From Podarcis bocagei (lineage: Eukaryota): a stretch of 64,000 nucleotides of DNA. Shown one piece after another: positions 12,605 to 24,355 of the stretch. Below the pieces are notes generated by a model. It saw only the letters and a list, made by a program, of their open reading frames with translations, made no database searches and had not been told where the DNA came from. Made by a program: the position numbers and the translations under genes. The stretch lies in NCBI GenBank assembly GCA_964188305.1, contig OZ076887.1. One strand, 5' to 3'. The first letter of the stretch is position 1. The number at the start of each line of letters is the position of its first letter.

Positions 12605-13362
12605 CTGAGCAAAGTCAGAAGGAAGAGCCCACCACAGAACAAAAAGTAACAAGGTAACACTGGCAACGAATTCACTTTCATAGGTCAACTCTAAGACAAT
12701 CCCTCCAAGTCTTGGGGTTCAACCAGACAATTCATGAAAGCATGCCCCAGCCATATTTTAAGTTGTACAGAAAAGGAAGCTCTGTGCAGCACATTTAATA
12801 TATAAATATATAAATTGTTCTATAGGCTGTGCTCAACACTGGAAAAGGAGAGCACTGAGCAAAAGAAAATAATATATATTTTTTTAAAATGTGATCTCAA
12901 CAGAAGTGATACTGGGCAGAAAGTGACAGATAAAAAGTGCCAGTTCAACCTCATTCATCCACTAAGCTCAAAATAGGATTGATTTATTATAAGTACTTTT
13001 ATACCATCCTTCAATCATATTCCCAGGGCAGCTTACAAAAAGAATACAACAATTAAAATGTAAACACAAATAATATTATGCCACAACATTATAAAAAAGT
13101 AGGCTAAGCACAGTCAGCAGACTTATAATTGCTTCTAAAAAGTTTCGGAAGCTATAATAGTGTTTGCCTGGCATCTGAAAGATGATATAGGCACCAGGTT
13201 AACCTTTATGGGTCATTACCATTGAGAAGATTCTCTGTTGGCCAGCATGTCATCTTAGGACTACTGATAGGAAGCCCTTCTAATTATGATCCCAATTATG
13301 AGTAGGATGTAATGTAATTATCTCTGAGCAGTAGGCACAAATTTACAGGTATCTACATACCT

Positions 13363-13696
13363 GTGGCACTGTGGTCTAAACCACAGAGCCTAGGGCTTGC
13401 CGATCAGACAGTCGGCGGTTCAAATCCCCGCGAAGGGGTGAGCTCCTGCTCCTGCCAACCTAGCAGTTCAAAAGCATGTCAAAGTGCAAGTAGATAAATA
13501 GGTACCGCTCCAGCGGGAAGGTAAACGTCATTTACGTGCGCTGCTCTGGTTCGCCAGAAGCAGCTTAGTCATGCTGGTCACATGACCTGGAAGCTGTACG
13601 CCGGCTCCCTTGACCAATAAAGCAAGATGAGCACCGCAACCCAAGAGTCATCTGCAACTGGACCTAATGGTCAGGGGTCCCTTTACCTTTACCTTT
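13363..13696 (+). mobile_element. Sauria (Squam1) SINE
   Basis: GTGGCACTGTGGTCTAAACCACAGAGCCTAGGGCTTGCC...GCAAGTAGATAAATAGGTACCGC...GGGGTCCCTTTACCTTTACCTTT. Highly similar to copies at 15782, 16783 and 63818. Confidence 0.92.
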
Positions 13697-14094
13697 ACAT
13701 ATCAGGTGCTTTTACTACATATCTTTAGGGGTCAGGCAAAAAAATTCCTCTTCTTCCAGGTCTTTGGTTAATTAAATAATATTCCTTTTAAACTGAATTG
13801 GCGGGGGCAGATTTGGTGTGGTTGTTGTGGTGGTGGTATGTATTTTTGTGTTTTTATATTGTAATCCTCAGATGAACGGCTGTATAGAAATTTAATAGCC
13901 AACAAACAATTATTGTTCCCAAAATGAATTGATGGAATAAGCCTTTGGACATGTATACAAGACACAGGAACAAAAAAAGGCAGTTATAATTCATGAGAAA
14001 CAGTAGTTCTACAGTAGTACTACATTCAGAGTGTACTTGCATTACAGAGAGGCAAGAGAAAGCTCCCAAGGACATAGGGTGTGTGGGGTGTGTG

Positions 14095-14255
14095 TCTCCA
14101 AAGCCCACAGGGCGGTTCACAACATAAAAATACAAAATGAAAACACAAAAGGCATAATAAAACCAAAGCGAAAGCGAAACAAACCAATAGCCCCCTCCCA
14201 GATACACATTTAAAAGGCCACAGAATGGTAAGCAGCCAAATGCCTGGTTAAAGAG
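14095..14255 (-). mobile_element. L2-type 3' tail fragment
   Basis: cccacagggcggttcacaac followed by an A-rich tract and gcagccaaatgcctgg resembles an L2 3'UTR and ORF2 end. Confidence 0.45.
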
Positions 14256-14279
14256 ACAATATAGTCCAAGAACCTACAA

Positions 14280-14855
14280 GGAACTAGACCAGGCCATTAG
14301 GAGGATCCTAGCCTGTGATCACCTATTCCTGCTGGGAGATTTCAGTGCCAGAGCTGGGAACAATTGTCACTCATGGGACAACTGCATAGGCCACTTTGGT
14401 ATTGGCAGCATGAACAAGAACTGACAAAGGCAGCTTGAGCTGTGCTTGTACCACAGCCTTTGCTTCATGGACACGTTTTGCCTCATGGACCACTCCCTGG
14501 TGGCAAGCAGGATCCTTCCCCAGCAAAAGAGGACCTACAGCACAAAACAAAAAGTGCAGACACTTCCAGAGCAGCTATACTTGAATTTTGTGGGTGCTTC
14601 GCCGATTCCATCAAACAAGCTCTACTGAACTGCCCCACAGACAGCACTGAAGCAAGGTGGAACTACATCAAAGAGGCAGCCTGCAAAACAGCTATGTCCA
14701 CTCATTTGGCAAAAGAGAGCAGCAGATCCCTGACTGGTTTGAGGCCGGCATTAAGGACATGGACATGGAGCCTGTTATTGCCACAAAGGACTAGGCTCTT
14801 GTGAACTACAAGTATGTGCCGTGTGAGAAGATGCTTGCTGCACAAAGAAAGGCAA
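14280..14855 (+). mobile_element. Degenerate RTE-clade LINE, endonuclease region (resumes at about 15513-15600)
   Basis: Translation LDQAIRRILACDHLFLLGDFSARAGNNCHSWDNCIGHFGIGSMNKN*QRQLELCLYHSLCFMDTF matches RTE APE motifs (GDFNARVG..GKMNENGQRLLELC). Resumes as IARQYANDYRIKLCQNIQ after the nested L2. Confidence 0.8.
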
Positions 14856-15510
14856 TACTAATAATTTATTTATTACACCCCCCCCCAATCTGGCTAGGTT
14901 TCCCCAGCCACTCTAGGCAGCTCCCAACAGAATATTACTCATAATAATTAAAAAGCAATAAAACATTAAAAACTTGCCTAAATAGGGCTGCCTTCAGATG
15001 TATTCTAAAAGTCAGATAGTTCCTAATTTCCTTGACACGTTCCATAGGCAGTGGCAGAGGAAGGGGGGTGCAAGAGGTGCAGTCCATCACGGGTGTCATC
15101 ACGGGGGGGGGGTGACAAAATGACAAAAATATGAGTTGAGGGGGGAAATGGGCTCACGAAACTTTTTAGTTCAGTCAACAAACGTAATGAAACGTGGCTG
15201 GCACTGGGTGCCACAAAGCGGGGGCCAGCACTTTCCGTGGGGCCTGCAGTGTGCCCAAGCCACGCATCTCTCCTAGGAGTGACATGGTGGTTTGGGTGCC
15301 TGCAGGCTCCACGCTGCCTGAAGCAGCTGCATGGAACTTGCGTCTGCCCTCCGTCTCTCCCTCAGCCGCCCTACAGCTGAGGGGGAGGCGGTGGAGAGGC
15401 TCCATGCAGCGTGCCCCGCCCACACCTGGCACCTGAGCAATTAGCTACACCGCTGTCCACAGGGCGGGCGCCACTACCGAGAAGGCCCTCTGCGTAGTTC
15501 CCTGTAGCTT
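14856..15510 (-). mobile_element. L2 LINE 3' end inserted in the RTE and split by a hAT MITE
   Basis: Tail ...ccccagccactctaggcagctcccaac and VKEIRNYLTFRIHLKAALFRQVF (14935-15040). Continues at 15456-15510 (tccacagggcgggcgccactaccgagaaggccctctg), collinear with the copy at 45507-45833. Confidence 0.85.
15049..15455. mobile_element. hAT-type non-autonomous DNA transposon
   Basis: 8-bp TSD tccatagg (15041-48) and tccacagg (15456-63). Imperfect terminal inverted repeats CAGTGGCAGAG and GCTACACCGCTG. Confidence 0.8.
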
Positions 15511-15781
15511 CAAGGAGTGATGCCCATTGGATTGCCAGACAATATGCCAATGACTACAGGATAAAACTTTGTCAGAACATTCAACTCGATGCTGAGCATC
15601 CCACTTCTACAACAAGCATAGAAACCAAGCGGAGTGCCAGAAAAGACAAGCCCCTTGTTCTGTGACCTGCATTGAAATGCAGCAGGCTGCTTAAGGTGTA
15701 ATGGAGTTCGCAGTCCCTCCTCTGCTAACTGCCTCCCACCAACAAGCTAGCAAAATGTTTTGCAGGCCAGTAACTTCTCTA

Positions 15782-16130
15782 GGGATGCGGGTGGCACTGT
15801 GGGTTAAACCACAGACCCTAGGGCTTGCTGATCAGAAGGTCGATGGTTCGAATCTCCGCGAAGGGGTAAGCTCCCATTGCTTGGTCCCTGCTCCTGCCAA
15901 CCTAGCAGTTCGAAAGCATGTCAAAGTGCAAGTAGATAAATAAACAGGTACCGCTCCGGCGGGAAGGTAAACGGCGTTTTCGTGCGCTGCTCTGGTTCGC
16001 CAGAAGCGGCTTAGTCATGCTGGCCACATGACCCAGAAGCTGTACACCGGCTCCCTCGGCCAATAAAGTAAGATGAGTGCCGCAACCCCAGAGTCGGCCA
16101 CGACTGGACCTAATGGTCAGGGGTCCCTTT
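15782..16130 (+). mobile_element. Sauria (Squam1) SINE, full length
   Basis: tRNA-like head GGGATGCGGGTGGCACTGTGGGTTAAACC...GGTTCGAATC. TSD taacttctctag at 15771-82 and 16130-41. Confidence 0.95.
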
Positions 16131-16782
16131 AACTTCTCTAGCCTTATTTAAAACTACACATTACAACAGCAGTTCTGTGTGGCTACACATAGAATCACAC
16201 AAGAGCAAGTGCACGTTTGTGAGAGAGAAGGAGATTTTGTTTATTTACAACATTTGCATACTGTGTTTCATAATGAATATCCCAGTTCATTCTTAATAGC
16301 AAAAGCAGTACATGAGTGAGGAGGACTGCAGAACAACCCTCACACTTGCATTCCTCCTTTGCAGAAGTTCACACATTGTGAATGTTCTTCCCACAAAAGT
16401 TGAAAGCATATAGAGAAGAGGGGCTGCAGGGTGGTCAGTGGCAAGTGCGTGGAGAGTTCAAATACCTCACACAAGCACACCGCCTTTGTCATTAAAATCA
16501 GACCCACCATTTCTACATGAGTGCCATGTTTACATACACAGAACTGTTGGCGTCTTATCTAGTTCGGCCCTAAAGTGAAGCTCTTCCAGTATGCTTCTAA
16601 TTCAGTATAGGGGAAATCCAAACAAAATCACCACTATTTCAGTGTTAATGCATTCATGCACTCGTTTGCTGTGAATTTATGGCTACAGAACCTGCCACAC
16701 AATGTGCTGCCTCTTTTCAGATATAACCAATATTCTGCTTGTACTGCAGAATTTTTTGTTCCTGCCTATTCTTGATAGCAGT

Positions 16783-17144
16783 GGGACGTGGGTGGCGCTG
16801 TGTGTAAAACCTCAGCGCCTAGGACTTGCCAATCGCATGGTCGGCGGTTCGAATCCCCGCGGCGAGGTGGGCTCCCGTCATTGGGTCCCAGCGCCTGCCA
16901 ACCTAGCAGTTCGAAAGCACCCCCGGGTGCAAGTAGATAAATAGGGACCGCTTACCTGCGGGAAGGTAAACGGCGTTCCGTGTGCTGCGCTGGCTCGCCA
17001 GATGCAGCTTGTCACGCTGGCCACGTGACCCGGAAGTGTCTGCGGACAGCGCTGGCTCCCGGCCTATAGAGTGAGATGAGCGCACAACCCTAGAGTCTGT
17101 CAAGACTGGCCCATACGGGCAGGGGTACCTTTACCTTTACCTTT
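16783..17144 (+). mobile_element. Sauria (Squam1) SINE, second subfamily, full length
   Basis: Same architecture with a different central segment. (ACCTTT)n tail. 15-bp TSD tattcttgatagcag at 16767-81 and 17145-59. Confidence 0.95.
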
Positions 17145-18162
17145 TATTCTTGATAGCAGCTGCTTGCACTACTGCCTTGCACCCTATATGCCTTTAACTA
17201 GTGAATGCCATTAAATCAACTTCTCTAATTGGCCAAGGGCCTTGTTTGAGATCACCATCTCTGTGTAGTAATTTATTGCAGTAAGAGTGCAGGGCTCTGA
17301 TCAGCTAAAGCACTTAACATACACAGCTTTAAGCATGTGAATAAAGCATGTGTGGTAATGACTAGGTAGAATGGGATGTAAGGGGCAGGATGGAGACAGA
17401 TTGTCATTGCCACCCCATATTTATCTCATTGGTACACACTGGGAATGAACAAAAGCAAACAGTTCACCGCCTAAAAAAACCCAAAACTTTGCATTTCTTT
17501 CACTTGTTGCGTTTGTTAATGATAATATCAGCAATTAGAAATAAATGCACACACCTGTATCTCTGGAATTTACTTGGCCTCAGACTTCTTAATGTGATGC
17601 AGACTCCAGAAAATAGAAGCTATATGCTTTTAAAGTCTCTTACACAGAACAGAGGTCTAGTACAGCATAGTTAATTTGTGAGCATGGTGCATGCATGTCT
17701 TTAAACAATGCCTTCTTTCCAATAACTTAAAATGGTTGATCTCAATATATATGCATTTCCTAGTAGGGACAGAAACCTGGGTTCAACTCAGCTCAAGTAT
17801 TTATGGCCTTGGTAATTATGCCGGGTGAACTACGGATCATTTTGCACATGAAGGACATTCAGAAAAGTTTTTTTCACAATTTTTATTTGTGTATAGCGGG
17901 CCTGATTCAGGATGGACAATGATGCAGTAAGTGGGAAAAAAATGAATCTTAATGTGAAAACAGTTCAACAACACTTTGTCTAAACTATGGTCTCGTATCT
18001 TGTTGGAAATTAATTTGGCTGTACAGCCAGTGAATTTCATAAAATAATTTCTAGCTGGGAATAACACCGTTTGATGTGGAAAGCTTGATAATCTTTTTTT
18101 ACTACTACTAATAATAATAATACTAATTTAATATTTATACACCGCCCATCTGGCTGGGTTTC

Positions 18163-18706
18163 CTAAACCTTCCAAATGTCTCTATTTTCCAGGGGCAGTT
18201 CCAGATTTACCGCTGTCCTGGTTTGATCCCAAAATGTCCTACTTTTCCTTAGTACAGTGGTACCTTGAGTTACAAATGCCTCAGGTTACAAACACTTCCA
18301 CTAACCTGGAAGAGTTACCTCGAGTTGAGAACTTTGCCCCAGGATGAGAATGGAAATCATGTGCTGGCAGCGCAGTGACAGCAAGATTAGCGAAAGCACG
18401 CCTCTAGTTAAGAACAGTTTCAGGTTAAGAACGGACCTCCGGAATGAATTAAGTTCGTAACTGGAGGTACCTCTCATCAGAGAAATGTTGGAGGCTTTGC
18501 AACCCCCAAGCCAATGAGACATCTGAAGGCAGCCCTGTATGGTTTTTTTTCCCCATGTTTCTTTTTTATTATGTTTTTATATATGTTGGAATATGCCCAG
18601 AGTGGCTGGGGCAACCCAGCCAGATGGGTAGGGTATAAATAATAAAGTTGTTGTTGTTGTTGAATAGGACATCTCTATTTTCATCTGAGAAATGTTAGAG
18701 AGTATG
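18163..18706 (+). mobile_element. Composite MITE carrying an L2 3' tail (copy 1), with a nested mariner MITE
   Basis: Collinear, as reverse complement, with 44738-45082. Ends aaccttccaaatgtctctatttt and gagaaatgttagagagtatg. Internal L2 tail at about 18517-18660. Confidence 0.7.
18255..18474. mobile_element. Tc1/mariner-superfamily MITE, right end clipped
   Basis: TA|CAGTGGTACCTTGAGTTAC ... GTAACTGGAGGTACCTCT; same family as 9023 and 49977. Confidence 0.85.
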
Positions 18707-19099
18707 GCAGGGCAGACCTCTATAAATCCATGCTGAAAATAATCACTGGTAGCATTCAATGTTTCATTAACAACAATAACAACAACAGCAGAAACCGTAA
18801 CATTAATTTATACACACAAAACTTCCCAAGTTCATCATTAGATCCACCTGGGACACATTCAGAGTCTTCTGCACAGTTCTGATTGCCACACATCTGAGGA
18901 TGTCATAAAGATGGAAAGAAACAGAGTATTTAAAGGTGATCATGGAATGGATAACCTTTCACATAAAAACTGGTTGAAAGGTTTGTGGCATTTTCCGGGG
19001 GGGGGGGGTAGAATTCCAAGGGTTGTAAATGCTAGAGCTTTTGTATAATTATGAATGGACCAGTTTTTAATGGAGAGACAGATTGCTCCCATGCTATAC

Positions 19100-19290
19100 T
19101 GCCGTTTTGGGTCACCCAATGAAATTCATTAAGCTCAGAACAACAACAAAAGTACTTCTTCAGATAGAGTTCAATTAACTAAATACAATTCACTGTAGCA
19201 AGATGTGACAAAGGACCCTTGCTTAAATTGTTTTTAAATAAGGTTAGACAAATTTGATAGATCCGTAAAGGGTTATTAGCTGCGTTAGCT
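19100..19290 (+). mobile_element. Ancient CR1 3' fragment
   Basis: ggtcacccaatgaaatt..aaaagtacttctt..caattcact..tttaaataaggttagacaaatt resembles the degenerate end of CR1 ORF2. Confidence 0.45.
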
Positions 19291-22200
19291 AAATAGAAAC
19301 ACCGTGTACAGAGGCACTGTACCTCTGAAAGGCACTTACTGGGGACAAACAACAAGAGATGTTCCATTTGAATAATGCAGAGTGCCTGCCTTTAGAAATA
19401 GAGTGCTAGTTTAAATATATTTTGTAAGTAAGACAACTGTTCAGGAATCTCTGTAGAAAGTGAGTGGGTCTGCATTATGCAATCAGTCTCTACATTTTGT
19501 GTCTTCATGCTATAATCATTATAAAATGTTATTATCTATGCTCTGCCCTCCCAGTCTTCATCCTACAAGAATGTCTACGCTGCTCAAGGAACAATTTCTA
19601 CTGGTCTTAAATTAGGATACAATTCAAACTGGAATTTGACTTTTAAACTGTTTGAGTCGTAAGCCTGCTCTAGTGTTTTCTACCATATAAAATTCCCACA
19701 GGAGACCAAATAAGACAATGCCAAACAAGTTTCCATTTATTATCATACTTTTCCATTCCTTACCACTCTGGAGAATTTTCAGGGTCAAGGCTATGTTTCA
19801 TGAACATTGTTTGGAAACATTTTATTCATTTTCTGGTGTGGCATAAGGTGTTATTTATACCATAGTTTTTAACACAAATTACTGCTATTCATTAACTCCT
19901 TCCTTTGTCCCTGTGTTTAAATCACCCCAAATCCCGGAAATAACAGGCCACTTGAATACCTGCTGCCAAAGTCCATGGCTACCAAACAAATATCCAAGTT
20001 GGGATTATACATTATTACTTATGGCGTTGAATACTGATGAATACAGGTTTGCTAACTATCTCATACATGCTCACAGCAGCCTGTCATGATGCTACTAATG
20101 CTCATCCATGCACCAAAACCTGCCTCCATGCATAGGAAGCAGTTTCTGGATAAGACTGACTTATTTTCAAACCTGCCCTTTATGAAAAGTTCCATATGTG
20201 TAATAAATGTAGGCAATTATTACTATATTTCCAGGAAACAGTCAGTAACCCACACTTAACTTTTGCAGTACAAAATGTACATTAAGTGACACACCTGCCT
20301 CAAATACAGGACATATAAATTTTATGATAACTGGAAGTACAGGACCTCCAAACTCTTAATGGGTGTTCATCCAAATTTGCATGGGGGCACCAATACCACT
20401 CATTGGGAAACTTCAAATAGTATTTTCAGATGTCCCAAAACTGGGTACACTCTATTTTAGTGGGCTGCAGGACTTGTTTCCAAAAGGTAAATATTAGCTG
20501 AAATATTGTAATATGCCAAATCATATATAATTAGTTTGTATATATAATACCAACTTCAGACACCATGACTGGCTTCAGGGAGCTAATTCAAGAATTCCTC
20601 TAATACAGGAAGGCCCCATGAAAGGACCTTCAATTATACAGAAGGTCCCATACGCAATCAATGGCATGTCCAAGTGGTAGGCCTGTGGAAGGTTCCTGTC
20701 TGAAACCCTGAAGACATAGACAACGCTAAGCTACATGGATCAATGGACTGATTTCATAAAGGACAGTTTCCTATGTTCTATTGTTCCACACTTTCAGAAT
20801 TACAGAAATACAAGGAACAAGTGAAATGCAGAACTAGCTTCCTGTTTTTGAACTTCCCTCTGTAAAGATCAGAGCAAAGTTGGGCATCTCCTCCCCACAG
20901 TGAGATGAGTTAACTCCAGATGTAAAGACAGCTTACATCTCACTCTGGGGAAGAGCTTCAGGGTGGATGTGGAGAGGTCCATACACTGTGCTTCAGCAGC
21001 AAGAGTGTAAACAAAAGCAGAATGGACCACACACATTCTTCCTCTCATGTATCTTCTCCATAAAGTTGCTAAAGCTCCTGTGTACTTCAGCACTAAAGAC
21101 AATAATCATTCTATGTCTGTCCTGAAAATGAAATATCCCTGACAGATCATGGCTAGCAAATAAAATTCCCTTTAATTATAAATGGAATTGGTGTGGATAG
21201 AAGCCTTCAGAGATGAACTAATTTGGAAGATTTAGACATCTGATTGTAGTTAATTTGCAACAGAATGGGACTGTTTTGTACTGAAATAAGCAGACTCAAG
21301 AACATCATCAATCTAAATATAGCTTCACTATACATCAGAAGATGCTCTTGGGTGTGAAATGTACCATGCATGTTGCCACCTATATTAAGAAAAGGGAGCA
21401 ATGATAATGGCTTTGTTTTTTCCTTAGCTGTCCAGCAAATTTAACTTTCCATACTTTACTTTAATTTATATTTACAAAGCCAAACCTTACTGAAGTTTAA
21501 ATGCATCACACATGACCATTATATTTTTCAGTGTGGAAAAAAGGATTAATATTAGATTTGATCAGGAAACATATCTTGATCAGGTATAGTTCTAATGAGC
21601 ATCTGCCTAATTTGTGGAAGTCATAAAACTCTTTGTCCTGGAAAGGTCAGTTTGCCCCTTCTCTTGTTTCATTGTATGGCAAAACTGTTATTTGTTTGTT
21701 TAGGCAGACTTTTGGTTTATTAGATAGATAAGGGGGCTGCTCCTGACTAATTTGAAATCATCACTCTTTTTCCTGAAGTCACTGCTAGAAGTGGGAGAAA
21801 AAAGGCTATATTTTTTGTAGTTTTACGTAATCACACAGATTTTTGTTAGATTGCATTTACCGTGTTTATTTCTATTGGTATCCTTACAAATTTATTTCTG
21901 CCTCTAAAGTGCTGACTCTAAACTGGAAAGTAGTTGGCAACTGGCAAGCGCTAAAGCTGTATCTCAAAATGAAGAGGCTCTGAATGAAAATTTGCGTTTG
22001 TCATCTTATAGACATGACTGTTTAATTTCACTACATCAAAACATGCTTAGTCAGATAAACCAAATGAAAACAACAACACTCTTAACACTGAAATAGGAAT
22101 TAATATGAAAGAAATTAATAGTTGTTGGATGCATTAAGGAACAATGCATTAAGCCTGACAGGGATCCAGATTTCACAGGTTTAAAAATCTGTGCTTCAGC

Positions 22201-24119
22201 CTTTATTAAAGGGGAGGCTTTTTTATATAGCTCGTTCTAATCTCCCACAGCTCCAGAACAGCGCAAGGGACTGTCACCAGTGTGGGAAGGTAAGCCCTCG
22301 CGATGTCATCATAGTAATGGCAGCCTGCTACAAAATTCTGTTCAACCACCCTTTCTCAGCAGCAGGACACCTTTGCAACCTGTAGAGGTGACAGGAACTC
22401 AGGCCTTGTTTCCTGGTAATGCCTCACATCACCACATAACTCCCCTGCACACGATACAGTGGGGGGGGATCCAACTTCATTCCCTCTTCCTCTGTTGGTG
22501 GCACATGCCCTCCCTCCTTGATTCTCAGTGCAGGCTAGGGTGATTTGGGGCTGTAAAGGAACTTTTTGCTCATTGGTTGCTCATTGTGGCTGGTGAGTTT
22601 TTTCACCCACTCCATACTGACCAGTGGGCAGATGTCATTAGGGGTCTGGTCCACCACTGTAGACAAGCATATCTGGTTCAATTTGGTCACTTTTGGTAGT
22701 TAGGTGTGGGATGGGGAGAAATAAAATTTCAGCAAGGTGACCTTAGAAACCTTTCATGGTGAAGGCATGAAGGGTCATCAGCCTGTGTTGCTGACGTAGG
22801 GTGACACCATCATCAGAGACACACACCGTGAGCAAAGGAATCAGTTGCCAGAATGTATCAGTAGAAAAAGAAGAGCTTTTCTACAAGCTTCCACAAGAAG
22901 CAAGCAAGCAATCTTGGGTCAAAATACTACAAGAGAACTCTGCTGGTGCCCAGCTTCTTTAGTATTGGTGAGTGCACAATAAAATATGAGATCAAGGTCT
23001 GAAACAGCATTAGCACAACTAAAAGCTATCTGAATTTGCAGCACAAGGTTGAGAAGAGGCAAAATAGAATGTAGCCTTTTCTACAAGGTCTCCTGCTTCT
23101 TAGTAATAATACATTAGCATAAGTGGTGAGGACTACTAGAAGGTAATTATGCAGAGCAGATGTAATAAGAATGACAGGACCTCACAGCTGGCATCAGCTA
23201 TACCTGTAAAACTGCAGCCTGGAGTACCTGAAATTCACCAAATGGCTCCAGAATAGAGCCATCCAAATGTGCATTCTAGACAGCAGCCAGATATGGGCTT
23301 TTAACCAAAACTGGAATGTTTTGCTTGAGATGCTAACACTATGCCAAAAGGGTTTCCCATGTTAATTTTTACTACATCCATTAAGAGCATGCCACCCACT
23401 TTTGTACTCCATGCTCATTAATCCAGAACCGCTTCTCTAACATCTGCCCTTCACTCATGAACATGCAGTAACAGGATATCCACTCCTGTATGGCAGGATG
23501 TTCTTGGTTAGACCTTGTAGTTAAGGAGAGAGCTTAACCATGAAGTGGGTTCAAACAATAAACTAAGCCAAACAGCGGCTTAGCTCCTGCGCCATGCAGA
23601 GATAGAACTAGAAGGTAGGGAACAAAATGGGTATAAGCCTCTCTCTCTGCAAGCAAGCACATTTGCACAGACCCAGTAAGCCATAGTTAAGCTGTCATGC
23701 AAACCAGGCCAATATTATGATAATTTTCCTTTTATTTTATATATGTATCTGGGCAGGTCCAGCTGTAGTATTCTCCATGTTGGGGGAAAATATATTAAAA
23801 ATGAAGAGTAACTGCAATTGTATCCCCACGCAGAAAACCCTAGAACATGAACTTGTTCACAAATGAATATTCAATACTTTATAACTACAGTGTCAGGAGG
23901 TGGTTTGCATGTGTCAATAAGCTATCAGGGATCAAGCAGAGCAGACAGAACTTTTACATCAGCACACATTTCAAACACAATGCTTTTCACTTGATTCCTT
24001 TCACAAGTTCAGCTGCAAATCAAAACGAATAGAGAAATCAAGTTGCATGCAAGTCTGTGCAAAAACAAACTGAGAAACCCAGTTGCTCCAAAGTTTCTAA
24101 ATGCCTATGAATAGGTTAC

Positions 24120-24355
24120 ATTACAAAACCTGCCCTTTGGCATTCCCTTTCCTTGAATCTAAGACAGGTGCCATCTCTGTTGTCTTTTTGGCACCTACTG
24201 AAAATCGCCCTCTTTCAACAAGCCTTTTAAGCTGCTATCTTTCCCAGTATGTCTTAGAATCATTTTTAATGTGTTCTATTGACTTATCCCTTGTTTGCCA
24301 CCCTGGCCTCATTTGGAAGAAAGGGCAGGATACAAATTAAATAAAGAAATAAATC
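24120..24355 (+). mobile_element. Old L2 3' end
   Basis: ggcacctactgaaaatcgccctctttcaacaagcctttta (LLKIALFQQAF), then gggcaggatacaaattaaataaa tail. Confidence 0.55.
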
